A DNA stretch of 62,905 nucleotides, counting the filler, from Octopus bimaculoides (Eukaryota): NCBI RefSeq assembly GCF_001194135.2. It is 4 parts of 4 records of this genome, joined end to end, with 100 filler letters (N's around TTAATTAATTAA, not from the genome) between each part and the next. Parts side by side here need not be neighbours in the genome. Positions count along the whole stretch, not along the records: positions 39,134 to 62,905 come from NC_068991.1; 3 more parts are not named here. The stretch is one strand, 5' to 3'. Below are positions 39,877 to 54,590 of the stretch, one piece after another; the first letter of the stretch is position 1; each line of letters opens with the position of its first letter. Both the position numbers and the translations under genes were made by a program. The notes below the pieces were generated by a model. It was given only the letters and a program-made list of their open reading frames with translations, was not told the DNA's origin and did no database searches.

Positions 39877-39958
39877 CTATCTCTCTATTTACACACACAC
39901 ACACATATAACCATCTATCTTAATATGTATATATGCATATATATGTACTTTCATGCGT

Positions 39959-40005
<47 letters not shown>

Positions 40006-41293
40006 CACTTCGACGTGTGAATGTGAGTCAGTACGTAAGTGCGTATCACCTAACAATACTTGCGAGTCGATATATTAACAGTAATATACAACAGTGCAGA
40101 AGATCAAACACATCAGAATCTCCCTTTGAAAAATGCATGGCAGGAGAAGCTCTAGAACTTTCGATAATATTGCACACAAAAACGCAGCTGCAGAATACAT
40201 TATTAATGTGTTTACATACGTACATTACGTACATACTTAGATGTACGCATACATAAATAAATTGAGGTATTAATACGCATATATATNNNNNNNNNNNNNN
40301 NNNNNNNNNNNNNNNNNNNNNNNNNNNNNNNNNNNNNNNNNNNNNNNNNNNNNNNNNNNNNNNNNNNNNNNNNNNNNNNNNNNNNNNNNNNNNNNNNNNN
40401 NNNNNNNNNNNNNNNNNNNNNNNNNNNNNNNNNNNNNNNNNNNNNNNNNNNNNNNNNNNNNNNNNNNNNNNNNNNNNNNNNNNNNNNNNNNNNNNNNNNN
40501 NNNNNNNNNNNNNNNNNNNNNNNNNNNNNNNNNNNNNNNNNNNNNNNNNNNNNNNNNNNNNNNNNNNNNNNNNNNNNNNNNNNNNNNNNNNNNNNNNNNN
40601 NNNNNNNNNNNNNNNNNNNNNNNNNNNNNNNNNNNNNNNNNNNNNNNNNNNNNNNNNNNNNNNNNNNNNNNNNNNNNNNNNNNNNNNNNNNNNNNNNNNN
40701 NNNNNNNNNNNNNNNNNNNNNNNNNNNNNNNNNNNNNNNNNNNNNNNNNNNNNNNNNNNNNNNNNNNNNNNNNNNNNNNNNNNNNNNNNNNNNNNNNNNN
40801 NNNNNNNNNNNNNNNNNNNNNNNNNNNNNNNNNNNNNNNNNNNNNNNNNNNNNNNNNNNNNNNNNNNNNNNNNNNNNNNNNNNNNNNNNNNNNNNNNNNN
40901 NNNNNNNNNNNNNNNNNNNNNNNNNNNNNNNNNTATATATATATATATATATATATATATTCATATATATATATATATTAATATCTATCCATCTATTTTT
41001 TTTTTTGGCATATAGGCACCTGTACATATAATCTCATCTATATTCATAGTGAAGTTAAACATCTATACTCTATGACCTGCGTCCAATATACACGTGGATA
41101 CGTTATGGCGACAAATTCGAATTACAAATATGTCTTTATGGTGCAATGTCATCCGTCATACTTTGTATCTATCAATCAACCTCACTCTGTATCACTCCAG
41201 CCATTTTACCCAAACATAATTGTGTGTATGTTTGTGTTTGTACCTGAATGCGTTCGTGCGTGTGCATTTATGTATCAACGTTGATGCGTGCAA

Positions 41294-41357
<64 letters not shown>

Positions 41358-41729
41358 GTTTGTATCTATTTACCTATCTATCGTTATATATATATGAATA
41401 TGATTATGTAAATGTACGATGTCTGATCAATAAGTATCCGGATTGTAGCCATACTAACGAAGCTAAAGCATGCAGCTTAAAGCGGTTTGGCACAAATTGA
41501 CTTTGAACTCTGGTGTGCATGCGGACTACGTTTGAACGTTCTAGCTCACTTCTGCTGTTTCCAGCAGTGCTTGGAACAAAGGTGTGTAATGTGTGAGCGT
41601 CGCATTAAACATAACACAGAAAGTTGAACAGAGAATCTGCATCACATTTTGCCAAAAGCTTGGCGATTTCGGATCAGAGGCCTACACATAGTTTTCAAAA
41701 AGTTTTCATCGTTCTCGACACAATCAAGA

Positions 41730-42478
41730 TCTTGTACAACTGAAACCCGAGCTCGTCCCAAATGCTCCGCTTCCATGTCTGCTTCGGGCGTCCTCATTTC
41801 CTTTTCCCCTGCGGGTTCCAGTCAAGTGCTTGTTGTGTCACATTTGAGGGTTCTTTCCGCAGTGTGTGTCCAATTCATCTCCATTTCCTTCGTCTAATCT
41901 GAACATGTATGGGCTCCTGGTTGGCCCTTTCCCACAGGTCGGTGTTTGGAACTCTGTCGAACCACTTCAGATGGAGGATCTGCCGGAGACATTTGTTGAT
42001 GAAGGTCTGAAACTTCTTGTCGTTGCCCTCATGTGGCTCTCCATGTTTCAGAGCCATACAAAAGCACAGATTTTACGTTTGAACTAAATAAACGGAGTTT
42101 AGTTCGAGTTGAGATGGCAGTGGACTTCCATACCGGACGAAGAATAGCGAAGGCTTGCCAAGCCCTCTTGCTTCTTGCAGTGATGTCCTCGTCTGATCCA
42201 CCTGATTTGCTGATCTTGCTTCCAAGATAGACAAACTCACTAACGGCCTCCACAGGTGCCCCCCTCAATTGTGATTGGCTCTTCCTGCTTGTTGTTGATA
42301 CGCAGCACTTTTGTCTTTTCCTAGTTGATCCTCAAGCCCACTCGCCTTGAAGTTTCTCTCAGGTGATCTAACTTATCTTGCATGTCTTGCAGGCGATGTG
42401 ACAGTAGTGCGAGATCATCTGCGTAGTCCAAGTCCTCCAGCTTGTTCATCAGTGTCCACTGAATACCTTTCCCAGAGG
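41730..42478 (-). mobile_element. RTE-clade LINE 3' fragment (RT domains 5-7 and C-terminus)
   Basis: GKGIQWTLMNKLEDLDYADDLALL...FVYLGSKIS...TKLRLFSSNVKSVLLYGSETW...QIRRRKWRW. Confidence 0.92.
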
Positions 42479-42729
42479 TAGCGTAGTAAGCACAGTGATG
42501 TTATTAGGCAAACCGCCTCATGAAGGTCACTGCTAGCTCTCACTGTGCAGGCAGCCATATGCTTCCATCTGTTGGTGCACTACAGAACTAGACCCGGAAT
42601 TTTTTGATTCCACCTCGAAACACTCAAGAATCGATATCAATGCAAGTGACTTCTGCTACATAAATTTATGGTTTATTGTCGACTTTGAAACCATAATTGC
42701 TACGAGAAAAGTATTATGTATATTACAAC

Positions 42730-44500
42730 GAATGTTATGCTGATGTTGTTGTTGTTGTTGTTGTTGTTGTTACTGTTATTGTAGCTGGAGATGATACTGA
42801 TGATGATGACAACAATGACGACGATAATGAAATTGATAATGACACCAACAGCGATGTCTCTGGTGATGACTATGTTGCTGCTGCTTCTGCTGATGCTGCT
42901 GCTGCTACTGATGGTGGTGGTGGTGGTGTTGGTGTTGGTATGACAACAGTGATGACGACAATGACGAGAGACACGAATGGCATTGTTGATAATTATCAAG
43001 ATAATCACCATCAACATCACCAGCTGCAGTCTCACCACCACAACCATTCGTCAACACAGCCGCCATGACCATCACTACCGGCCAGGCAATGACCACCACT
43101 ACCACCACCACCACCACCACCACCATTACCACCACNNNNNNNNNNNNNNNNNNNNNNNNNNNNNNNNNNNNNNNNNNNNNNNNNNNNNNNNNNNNNNNNN
43201 NNNNNNNNNNNNNNNNNNNNNNNNNNNNNNNNNNNNNNNNNNNNNNNNNNNNNNNNNNNNNNNNNNNNNNNNNNNNNNNNNNNNNNNNNNNNNNNNNNNN
43301 NNNNNNNNNNNNNNNNNNNNNNNNNNNNNNNNNNNNNNNNNNNNNNNNNNNNNNNNNNNNNNNNNNNNNNNNNNNNNNNNNNNNNNNNNNNNNNNNNNNN
43401 NNNNNNNNNNNNNNNNNNNNNNNNNNNNNNNNNNNNNNNNNNNNNNNNNNNNNNNNNNNNNNNNNNNNNNNNNNNNNNNNNNNNNNNNNNNNNNNNNNNN
43501 NNNNNNNNNNNNNNNNNNNNNNNNNNNNNNNNNNNNNNNNNNNNNNNNNNNNNNNNNNNNNNNNNNNNNNNNNNNNNNNNNNNNNNNNNNNNNNNNNNNN
43601 NNNNNNNNNNNNNNNNNNNNNNNNNNNNNNNNNNNNNNNNNNNNNNNNNNNNNNNNNNNNNNNNNNNNNNNNNNNNNNNNNNNNNNNNNNNNNNNNNNNN
43701 NNNNNNNNNNNNNNNNNNNNNNNNNNNNNNNNNNNNNNNNNNNNNNNNNNNNNNNNNNNNNNNNNNNNNNNNNNNNNNNNNNNNNNNNNNNNNNNNNNNN
43801 NNNNNNNNNNNNNNNNNNNNNNNNNNNNNNNNNNNNNNNNNNNNNNNNNNNNNNNNNNNNNNNNNNNNNNNNNNNNNNNNNNNNNNNNNNNNNNNNNNNN
43901 NNNNNNNNNNNNNNNNNNNNNNNNNNNNNNNNNNNNNNNNNNNNNNNNNNACGACGACCACCATAACCATCACAATCATCATCATCGTCTCGTGGTCGTG
44001 GTCGTCATCCACCTCATGAATGTAAATGAGGTGAACGTAATCAATGGAGAGATGTCCATCGGATAATGAAAACCACCACCACCACCACCACCACCACCAC
44101 AAACATCAGCACCATCACCGCCACGACGACGACGAACACCACCACTACCACCACCACAACAACAACAAGGACCACTACCACCACCGCTTCCAACCGCTAC
44201 ATCTAGATCTAGCACATATACACCGATGACATTACTGACCTATACAAGAGCTACCACATCAACTACCATCAGCACCACACCACCAACAACAGCATCAATA
44301 CTACTACTACTACTGGTTGATGTGGTATCTCTTGTATAGTAGTAGTAGTAGTAGTAGTAGTGCCGTTATTTCCGATTCTGCCATCGACGAGATGCTTCAC
44401 CAATACGTCGACGACGACGACGACGACGACCACCACCACCACCACCACCACCACCACCAGGCATCGACGCCATCATTGTCAGTATTTCACCAACACCACT
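42730..44500. repeat. Mosaic trinucleotide low-complexity region (GTT/GAT/GGT switching to CAC/CAT/ACG) with a gap
   Basis: Directly visible runs; these generate spurious poly-V/D/H/T ORFs. Confidence 0.9.
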
Positions 44501-44782
44501 ATCAAGTATCGCCAAACATATATGTATGTATATATGTATATATNNNNNNNNNNNNNNNNNNNNNNNNNNNNNNNNNNNNNNNNNNNNNNNNNNNNNNNNN
44601 NNNNNNNNNNNNNNNNNNNNNNNNNNNNNNNNNNNNNNNNNNNNNNNNNNNNNNNNNNNNNNNNNNNNNNNNNNNNNNNNNNNNNNNNNNNNNNNNATAT
44701 ATATATATATATATATATGTATATATGCATATATATGTATGCATGCATGTACATATATATGTGTATGTGTGTACATGTAAGC

Positions 44783-44820
<38 letters not shown>

Positions 44821-44980
44821 ACATGTAGAAAATGCTTGTATGTAAGTGTGTGAATGCATGTGTGTGCATGGGTGTGTTTATGTCCATGAACGTACATATG
44901 CAAATATACATACGGCAGAGAGTTGGAGAGAGGAAGAAGGAAAACTGTTGACAGAGCTAGTGAGAGACAGAAATAGATGG

Positions 44981-45074
<94 letters not shown>

Positions 45075-45323
45075 GAGGGAAAGAGAGAGAAAGAGATAGT
45101 GAAGTAGAGTTGACATAGATACAGAATGAACGACTGAAAGCAAGAAAGCAGTCTAAATCCTCTAAGATGTTCATTTACATTGAAATTGGCGTGCATCAGT
45201 GATCTCGAAGACCAAGATGAAGCGATGTGTAAAAGACATGATGCGACTGATATTATCAAACATTGTATATATGTATGCATATGCATACATACATACATAC
45301 ATACATATCTACAGAAATATCTT

Positions 45324-45354
<31 letters not shown>

Positions 45355-45444
45355 GTATATATATAGGCTAAATATGTATGTGTATATATATATGTATGAA
45401 TGTATGTATATATTTATATGTATATATGTATATGTATATATATG

Positions 45445-45503
<59 letters not shown>

Positions 45504-46178
45504 NNNNNNNNNNNNNNNNNNNNNNNNNNNNNNNNNNNNNNNNNNNNNNNNNNNNNNNNNNNNNNNNNNNNNNNNNNNNNNNNNNNNNNNNNNNNNNNNN
45601 NNNNNNNNNNNNNNNNNNNNNNNNNNNNNNNNNNNNNNNNNNNNNNNNNNNNNNNNNNNNNNNNNNNNNNNNNNNNNNNNNNNNNNNNNNNNNNNNNNNN
45701 NNNNNNNNNNNNNNNNNNNNNNNNNNNNNNNNNNNNNNNNNNNNNNNNNNNNNNNNNNNNNNNNNNNNNNNNNNNNNNNNNNNNNNNNNNNNNNNNNNNN
45801 NNNNNNNNNNNNNNNNNNNNNNNNNNNNNNNNNNNNNNNNNNNNNNNNNNNNNNNNNNNNNNNNNNNNNNNNNNNNNNNNNNNNNNNNNNNNNNNNNNNN
45901 NNNNNNNNNNNNNNNNNNNNNNNNNNNNNNNNNNNNNNNNNNNNNNNNNNNNNNNNNNNNNNNNNNNNNNNNNNNNNNNNNNNNNNNNNNNNNNNNNNNN
46001 NNNNNNNNNNNNNNNNNNNNNNNNNNNNNNNNNNNNNNNNNNNNNNNNNNNNNNNNNNNNNNNNNNNNNNNNNNNNNNNNNNNNNNNNNNNNNNNNNNNN
46101 NNNNNNNNNNNNNNNNNNNNNNNNNNNNNNNNNNNNNNNNNNNNNNNNNNNNNNNNNNNNNNNNNNNNNNNNNNNNNN

Positions 46179-46225
<47 letters not shown>

Positions 46226-46782
46226 TACACACACATACACACACATACACTCATATATGTGTTTGTGTGTATATAAAGAAACATACATTTATGATGGTCG
46301 TTCTCCGTCGTTCGTCGATGAGAATACAGTTATTCGATCAACTATATTAACTGCCCTTGATTTAGCATGTAAATGGCTTGGCATCCTTAGAGGCTCGTAT
46401 AACCTCACCGCAATTCGCGGCCAGAATGAGCGTGACACAAAGTGTGATAAGGCTTCAGCGAACGGGAAGTACAATCAATCCGATGAGCGTCCATTAACTG
46501 TCTACACTATTATTTGACTCGCAACGTATGAGGAGATAGGAGGCTATAGACCGGAGGCTATTTGCGAGCCTCGTCACGCAGCGTGATAGAACCTGGCTCC
46601 TAATACTTACGAAGGGAATTTCGTAGCCATCAGCTATGCTGCACTTACAAGTACACACACACATATATACATACAGACACGCACGATGTCACACACACAC
46701 ACACACACACATACACACACACAAACACACATACACATACACACACGCAAATATTCACAAACACATACATACATATGCATAT

Positions 46783-47325
46783 TCTTTTATTCTTTTATTT
46801 GTTTCAGTCATTTAACTGCGGCCATGCTGGAGCACCGCCTTTAGTCGAGCAAATCCACCACAGAACTTATTCTTTGTAAGCCTAGTACTTATTCTATCGA
46901 TCTCTCCCCGCTAAGTTACGGGGACGTAAACACATCAGCATCGGTTGTCAAGCGATGTTGGGGGAACAAACATATATANNNNNNNNNNNNNNNNNNNNNN
47001 NNNNNNNNNNNNNNNNNNNNNNNNNNNNNNNNNNNNNNNNNNNNNNNNNNNNNNNNNNNNNNNNNNNNNNNNNNNNNNNNNNNNNNNNNNNNNNNNNNNN
47101 NNNNNNNNNNNNNNNNNNNNNNNNNNNNNNNNNNNNNNNNNNNNNNNNNNATATATATATACGACGGGCTTCTTTCAGTTTCCGCCTACCAAATCCATTC
47201 ACAAGGCTCTAGTCGGCCCGAGGCTATAGCAGAAAACACTTGCCCAAGGTGCCATGCAGTGGGACTGAACCCGGAACCATATGGTTGGTAAGCAAGCTAC
47301 TTACCACACAGCCACTCCGGCGCCT
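46783..47325 (-). mobile_element. Major SINE (gap in central microsatellite)
   Basis: Colinear with 5064-5469. Confidence 0.85.
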
Positions 47326-47339
47326 ATGAAAATCTATAT

Positions 47340-47561
47340 TTTTTTATATTTTTGACTTGCTTCAGCGATCAGATTGCGGCCATGCTAGAGCACTACTTTG
47401 AAGAATTTTAGTCGAATGAATCAACCCAGTACTTGCGTTTCAAAATCATGGTACTTATTTTACTGGTCTCTTTTGCCGAACCTCTAGGTTATGGGGATTT
47501 AAACCAACTAACACTGGTTGTGAAGCGAGGTTGGTAGGGACAACCACAGACATAAAGGCGA

Positions 47562-47596
<35 letters not shown>

Positions 47597-47763
47597 TATA
47601 CACACGCATGCATCTAGGAGGGGCTACCAAATTCACTCATAATACTTTGGTCAGCCCGATGTTATAATAGAAGACACTTGCCCAAGGTGACGCGCAGTAG
47701 GACTGAACCCGAAACAGTGTGGTTGGGAAGCAGTCTTCTTACCTCATAGTTACGACTGCACCT
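47340..47763 (-). mobile_element. Older, diverged SINE of the same superfamily, in tandem with the previous copy
   Basis: Same block order with more divergence. Confidence 0.7.
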
Positions 47764-49917
47764 CTATATACTCTCGTATAAATATTTATATGTAGGTAGA
47801 CAGACACAGACACAGGCACACATACACATACACACACAGACACACACACACGCAGACACACATACACGCACGCGCATACTCACGCAAGCAAATTTCGGTC
47901 GGGAGGGTTTTACAACGGCAAAGCTATCTTCACCGTCTTCTCAGTTGTCTATACACACACTCACTCACATGCAAGTACTTAAACCCACAATACCGCTCGC
48001 ACACGCACACACGCGCACACATACACACAAGCGCACTTGACACAAACAGACAAACATATCTGTACACACACACACACACACATACACATACATTTGCATA
48101 CCTATATAAACACACGCGTATGCATCTAAACACAAATATATATATATATATATACTTATATAAGTTATGGTTTTGCATCCTGGAGGCAACCCATTACTGT
48201 TGATTTATGGCTGTGGTTTCTAGTCCTTTGTCGTCAATAAAAGTTGTTCTGTCTACGTAGCTGTGATTTATATTTCTTAATAAACATATTTTCTTATTCA
48301 ATTGGAATTGAGCGGACGTTTTTCCTGCGCATTGATAGAGAGGGAATACGTGTTGGTAAGGCTTAAACCTAGGTGTATAATTACGGAAATTTTATGTTGG
48401 CTGTGTATCTTCATTCTGTCTCTCAAAGTCAATCTCATATAGGTATGTAAGCCCCACTACATCCACCACATTTGAGAACATAAATTAAAATGCACAGGTG
48501 AGAGGAATTTTTATGTTGAATGTTCTCCCTGACTTAAATTCATATGTTGAACCTTTATATTATGGTGCATAATTATTGCGGCGTTTTCTCAACAAATTCT
48601 ATTCAACAAAAATAATAACATGTAACGAAAACATCTTTAAATGATTATTCCGGAGCATATTCACCATCTACTTCAATTACTGCTTCCCATTTGCTTGGCA
48701 GACGGTCAGACTGTCATTTAAAGATGTTTTTGTTAAATATTGTTATTGTTTTTGTTGAATAAGATTTGTTGNNNNNNNNNNNNNNNNNNNNNNNNNNNNN
48801 NNNNNNNNNNNNNNNNNNNNNNNNNNNNNNNNNNNNNNNNNNNNNNNNNNNNNNNNNNNNNNNNNNNNNNNNNNNNNNNNNNNNNNNNNNNNNNNNNNNN
48901 NNNNNNNNNNNNNNNNNNNNNNNNNNNNNNNNNNNNNNNNNNNNNNNNNNNNNNNNNNNNNNNNNNNNNNNNNNNNNNNNNNNNNNNNNNNNNNNNNNNN
49001 NNNNNNNNNNNNNNNNNNNNNNNNNNNNNNNNNNNNNNNNNNNNNNNNNNNNNNNNNNNNNNNNNNNNNNNNNNNNNNNNNNNNTATATATATATATATA
49101 TATGTAAGGATAAACAAGTTAGGCAAGTCGATATAAAAAACATATGTACATATGTTTACATATAAAAAGTCCATCTTTAATTTCCTTTCTGTGAACACTT
49201 CAAGTGTAAAATTCTTCACTGAAGACGGAGGCTGATATTAACCGATAATGGAATCAAACTTGCAATCAATATTTTGAACCACCAAGAACCGCAGAAACAG
49301 TTGTTGGACTTGTAAAACTCTTATTCAACGCCTTTCATTCCCGGTATTATTTCTATTCAGTATAGGCCGGACCTTTTATATGTAAACTTATGTACATTTT
49401 GTGTATTAAATGTATTTAATATTTTTTTGTTGTATATCAACTCGCTTAACTTGCTTATCCTTACAGTTACTCCACTCACTACCTTCTCAAGGTTAAAACT
49501 GTTGAGCACTACGAAGTGTATTCTATACGGTGAATACCTGTCTTTTATTTCTGAGGCTATAGTAGAAGGCATTTACTCACGATTCCACGCAGTGGAACTG
49601 AACACGGAACCCAGAACTCGGCACCACCGGAACCATGTGGTTGAGAAGCAAGCTTCTTACCACACAGCCACGCCTGAGCCTATTGTAATTTCTATAACAT
49701 GATTTATTTCTAATATATTTTCTTTTTACTCTGTATTATATTTCCTCGCATTATTGGTTTAAACATGATTCCTCATTTCGTGTTTATGTAAGTCCCTGCT
49801 AAATTGCTTTAATCGAAGACAATATTTTCTTTATAATTGCGAAATATTTATTACAACGATGCACATACGCACACACACACACATACATACATACATACAT
49901 ACATACATACATACATA

Positions 49918-50296
49918 CTCTTTTACTCATTTATTTGTTTCAGTCATTTGACTGCGGCCATGATGGAGCACCGCCTTTAGTCGAGCAAATCAACCCCAGG
50001 ACTATTCTTTGTAAGCCTAATACGTACACTATCGGATTTCTTTTGCCGAACCGCTAAGTTACGGAGACTTAAACACACTAGCATCGGTTGTCAAACAATG
50101 GTGGGGGAAAAACACAGACACACAAGCACACACACACACACATACACACACGCACACATATACGATGGGCTTCTTTCAGCTGGTTGGCCCGAGTCTATAG
50201 TAGAAGACACTTGCTCAAGGTGCCACGCAGTGGGACTGAACCCGGAATCATGTGGTTGGTAAGCAAGCTACTTACTACACAGCCACTACTGCGCCT
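49918..50296 (-). mobile_element. Major SINE with a small internal deletion
   Basis: Colinear with 5064-5469. Confidence 0.85.
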
Positions 50297-51443
50297 ATAC
50301 ATACACTCTACATAAAGAGAGATATACAAACGTATATAAAAATATTCATTTATTTTTGCTTTATACATTATTCATCTTCATGTACCTAAGTATCACTCCA
50401 TCTAACTACGTATCAATCGCATTTCCTTTATTGTACTTTACCCACGTATTGTTTCAGTTTGTCCAGCTGTTACATAACTCGAGTGTTATTTAACCACATC
50501 AATTATTAAACGTGAAGAGACACAGTTTTATATTCAGCGGTTGTTGTCGACTAGACCGGATATAATTTGTATGGCGTCTCATATTTATATTTGAGCAGTC
50601 GTCTTTTTATATTCCTTGTTCCGATCCTCTCATTATAATCTGGCATATGCATTCATATATGCATACACACTTACATAACACGTATATTAAAACACACACA
50701 CACACATACACATAAACAGAGGCTAGAAAGCGATTGTAAAAACATGTTAATATGTATATTATTTTACAAATTCCATTATCTCGAAAGCTTCATACATTCC
50801 ATTGTGGTTTTATAGTGTAAAATCCATCCATACGTTCATCTATTTTTAAAATTGTTTTTTGCAGGTTCAGTTAAAAGATAGTCAATGGTTGAGAATGGAA
50901 TTAATATACCATTATGCCTACTAAAAGAAAACAACAACAAAACACAAAAAAACCGAGTGAGCTGAACCGAAATTAATATTTCTAATGGAATAGGTTGTTC
51001 CTAAAGAATGAGTTGAATATGTATAACGATATGGACATTTCCAAGTGACTAGCGTTTTTGGTTCGAGGCTACAGTTTCGGTATGATAAACTAAAAATTAC
51101 AAGAGATTCATAAAACAGAAACAAAAGAAATAAAACTATTAACAATTAGACTGCTTATTACAGAAAATACTTGATCTTTTCAACAAAAGACTTCTACACG
51201 AGCCATTCTAATTACTTGGATATCAACAATGATTTCGTCTCCTTCGTTGTCCACTCACGCAAAAATATTCAACACCACCTTAAAAGTCAAAACATTGACT
51301 GACACTAAGCCTATGAGGATGTAAAGAAACGATACAAGAATAACAGTTCCCCCGAGATTGGTCCTCTAAATCATGACAGAATTCTCACACGTGTATTAAT
51401 TAAGATTTCTCTTTATCCAAGTGCAGATCCAGATTTTGCGCCA

Positions 51444-51477
<34 letters not shown>

Positions 51478-51557
51478 TGTNNNNNNNNNNNNNNNNNNNN
51501 NNNNNNNNNNNNNNNNNNNNNNNNTATATATATATATATATATATATATATAACATG

Positions 51558-51594
<37 letters not shown>

Positions 51595-51749
51595 GATATG
51601 TCTTATATATATATTTATATATAACATATACTATATATATATATACATATATATACACACATACACACGTAATAACCCGAAACGCAGCGGTGGAGATATT
51701 CCCAGACTGATCGGTCAGTTTCGGCTTACTGCTGTCTAAATAAATTATC

Positions 51750-51980
51750 TTATTTCTTTACTTCCCACAAGGGGCTACACACAGAGGGAACAAACAAGGA
51801 CGCACAAATAGATTAAGTCAATTATATCGATCCCAGTGCGTAACTGGTATTTATTTAATCGACCCCGAAAGGATGAAAAGCAAAGTCGACCTCGGCGGAA
51901 TTTGAACTCAGAACGTAAAGACAGACGAAATACCGCTAAGCATTTCGCCCGACGTGTTTACGTTTCTCCCAACTCGCCGC
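51750..51980 (-). mobile_element. Third tRNA-derived SINE family (fragments also near 10450, 15720, 16020, 17040, 19330, 35620)
   Basis: Shared block aaagtcgacctcggcggaatttgaactcagaacg, carrying a B-box-like gagttcaaattcc on the minus strand. Confidence 0.8.
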
Positions 51981-51987
51981 CTTATAA

Positions 51988-52064
<77 letters not shown>

Positions 52065-52698
52065 TTACTGGTTTCGGTAACTAGACTACCGCCTTCAAGT
52101 TTCTATATCCAGTATTATTGAATTTATATTGCTTCAATGCCGATGCTTCAAACATGCCCCTCTAGGACCTTCCATCTATCTATCTATCTATCTATCTATC
52201 GATCTATCTATCTATCTATCTATCTATATACCGTCTACTATTTAATATCTATCAGTTTAAATACAGTTTTGAAAGGCTTCATGCTGGACTGGCAAGAAAG
52301 GAAGGTCACAATATTAAGCAAATATTTCCTCTGAGCATGACCATTTATTATCATATGACAATATCTGACAAGCTCGCAGCTTTAGTTAAAATTCCTTAAA
52401 GTGCATCCTTCAATGAAGTAATACTGGAATACGTATTTGTATATTAAAAGTGAAATAGAAAGGGATAATTAATGTGGTGGAAACATTTCTCTTCCTTCTC
52501 TCTCTGCCGCACTCTTTATGCCTGTCTGTCTACTTGTGCTCTGTTTGTTCTTATACTCTCTCTCACTCTATGTATGTATGTATGTATGTATGTATGTATG
52601 TATGTATGTATGTATGTATGTATGTATGTATGTACGTATGTATGTATGTAGGTATGTACGTATGTGTGTGTAAGCATGTTTATATGTATGTATGTATA

Positions 52699-52733
<35 letters not shown>

Positions 52734-52945
52734 NNNNNNNNNNNNNNNNNNNNNNNNNNNNNNNNNNNNNNNNNNNNNNNNNNNNNNNNNNNNNNNACTT
52801 ATACTAGTGTGTGTGTGTATATGTGTCCGTTCTTTTGTTTGTGCGTGCATTTGCGCGTGTTTGTACGTATCTGCATGTGTAGGTATACGCATACTTTTAC
52901 ATAGCCATGTATATACAAACATGCACACAAAGACACGCGCGTACT

Positions 52946-52995
<50 letters not shown>

Positions 52996-53484
52996 TGACG
53001 CATTCTATTTATCTCATTTAACGTGGATAAACTAACAAAGGCCGCAAACTTGCCATATATTTGGTTTGAAAAATCTTCTGAAACAGACTATAGTATCACA
53101 AAGCACATAAGTGTTTTAGTAGTAGACAAAAAACAAGACGTTAGAAAAATGAACGGGGACATAAAAACAAAACGGACATTGTTTACAGAGAACAGAACGA
53201 ACACATAGGAAAACAAAGCCACTTATGGAATTATTCCTTTATCAGCCACTTATGGAAATATTCCTTCATCAGCTGTCTCTATTCTAAAACTAGGCGTTTC
53301 GAAGATAAGGCAGGACGCACTCTTAGAATAGTTTCTTCCTGAGTAGTGGATTAACCCACTAAAAAGAGGATTCCAAGGTAGCAAACATAAACCAAGACAG
53401 GAAAAGTTGGACAGTGAAAACAACATTCAAAAGGCCGTAGTGCCAAACGCGATGGGATACTGAACGCTGTAGATATGACGAAGC

Positions 53485-53695
53485 TGAACGGAGAATTGAG
53501 AGCTTGGTTGGATCAACTTTTCGAGTCGAAATCGGGTGATTTCTACCAACGAGGTATTGAAAATTTTGTTGTAAAAAGTTGTAAACAACAGGAGTGAATA
53601 CATTATTGATTAATTAGTTGTTATTTTTTTTTATTAAACCTTTTAAAAAATTTAAATTTAAAAAAAACGGCAGGAACTTAGTTGCCAACCCAATA
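53485..53695 (+). mobile_element. mariner 3' fragment with TIR
   Basis: ELRAWLDQLFESKSGDFYQRGIENF, then aaaacggcaggaacttagttgccaacccaa|ta. Confidence 0.75.
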
Positions 53696-54409
53696 TTTGT
53701 TCAACATGCCTTACAATGGAATCAAACATAAGACCTCACGGTTACGGAATGAATGTCTTTACCACTTCACCATGCCTGTGATCATCACATGAGCCATAGT
53801 GTTACGGTAAACTTTTATAACAAACTGAGCAATTATTGATTTACCAATAAATTATTTAATTAATTATTACATAGTTTTCCAAATGTTTCACCAAACCACT
53901 GTGACATTCTCAATGGCCTTTTGTGTGTTACTGTTTCTTCTTTTGGATACGACTGATATTTATTCTTATTTAATTACATATGTGTGAATGTCTATGAACT
54001 TTTAAAAAAATATTTTCTGTTTTATTGATGCGCACACGGACATGTAACACACACACATCCATATGTGTGTGTATACATACATACATAAGATATATGTGCG
54101 TGTATGTATGTAAATGTATATATACATATGTATATAAATATATAAATATATATATATGTATATAAATATATATATATACATACATACATATATATATTAT
54201 ATATATGTATGCATTAATACATATACATATACAATATATATACATATGTGCATGCGTGCATATGTATAAATATGTATATGTATGTGTGTGCACATGATGA
54301 CAACTTTTTTTCTGTCATATAACTGCAGATAGCCAATCTCTCACTGCTGTTGTCACAAATATACTGCGTTCGAATTTTACTTCATGGTCTGTAATATATA
54401 TATATATAC

Positions 54410-54590
54410 GATTTCTATTGGAAAATGCTCCGCTTTCCAGCCTGCGTCTTCAGATAAGTTTACATAACGGTCAATCTTTCTAACCCGAGCGACGTCCATG
54501 TTATCTTCATGAGGGACCGTTAACTCGTCTAGATTCACAACTTTCATTCTTTCACACCACATTAAAATGTCCGGTTTTCTTTCGTAACTG
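54410..54590 (-). mobile_element. HERO-like RLE fragment, joined to a SINE tRNA head (54600-54715, minus)
   Basis: RKPDILMWCERMKVVNLDELTVPHEDNMDVARVRKIDRY...GWKAEHFPIEI. Confidence 0.75.

Noticed and set aside
42697-43068. 123-aa ORF with poly-V/D/G/H runs, and a G-rich to C-rich polarity switch suggesting a foldback
   Set aside because: Explained by mosaic trinucleotide repeats; any pairing is generic low-complexity complementarity.
49205-49320. ctgaagacgg...gaaacagttgt HHR-like halves
   Set aside because: The halves are about 75 nt apart without a clear stem II or stem I; too degenerate to call.
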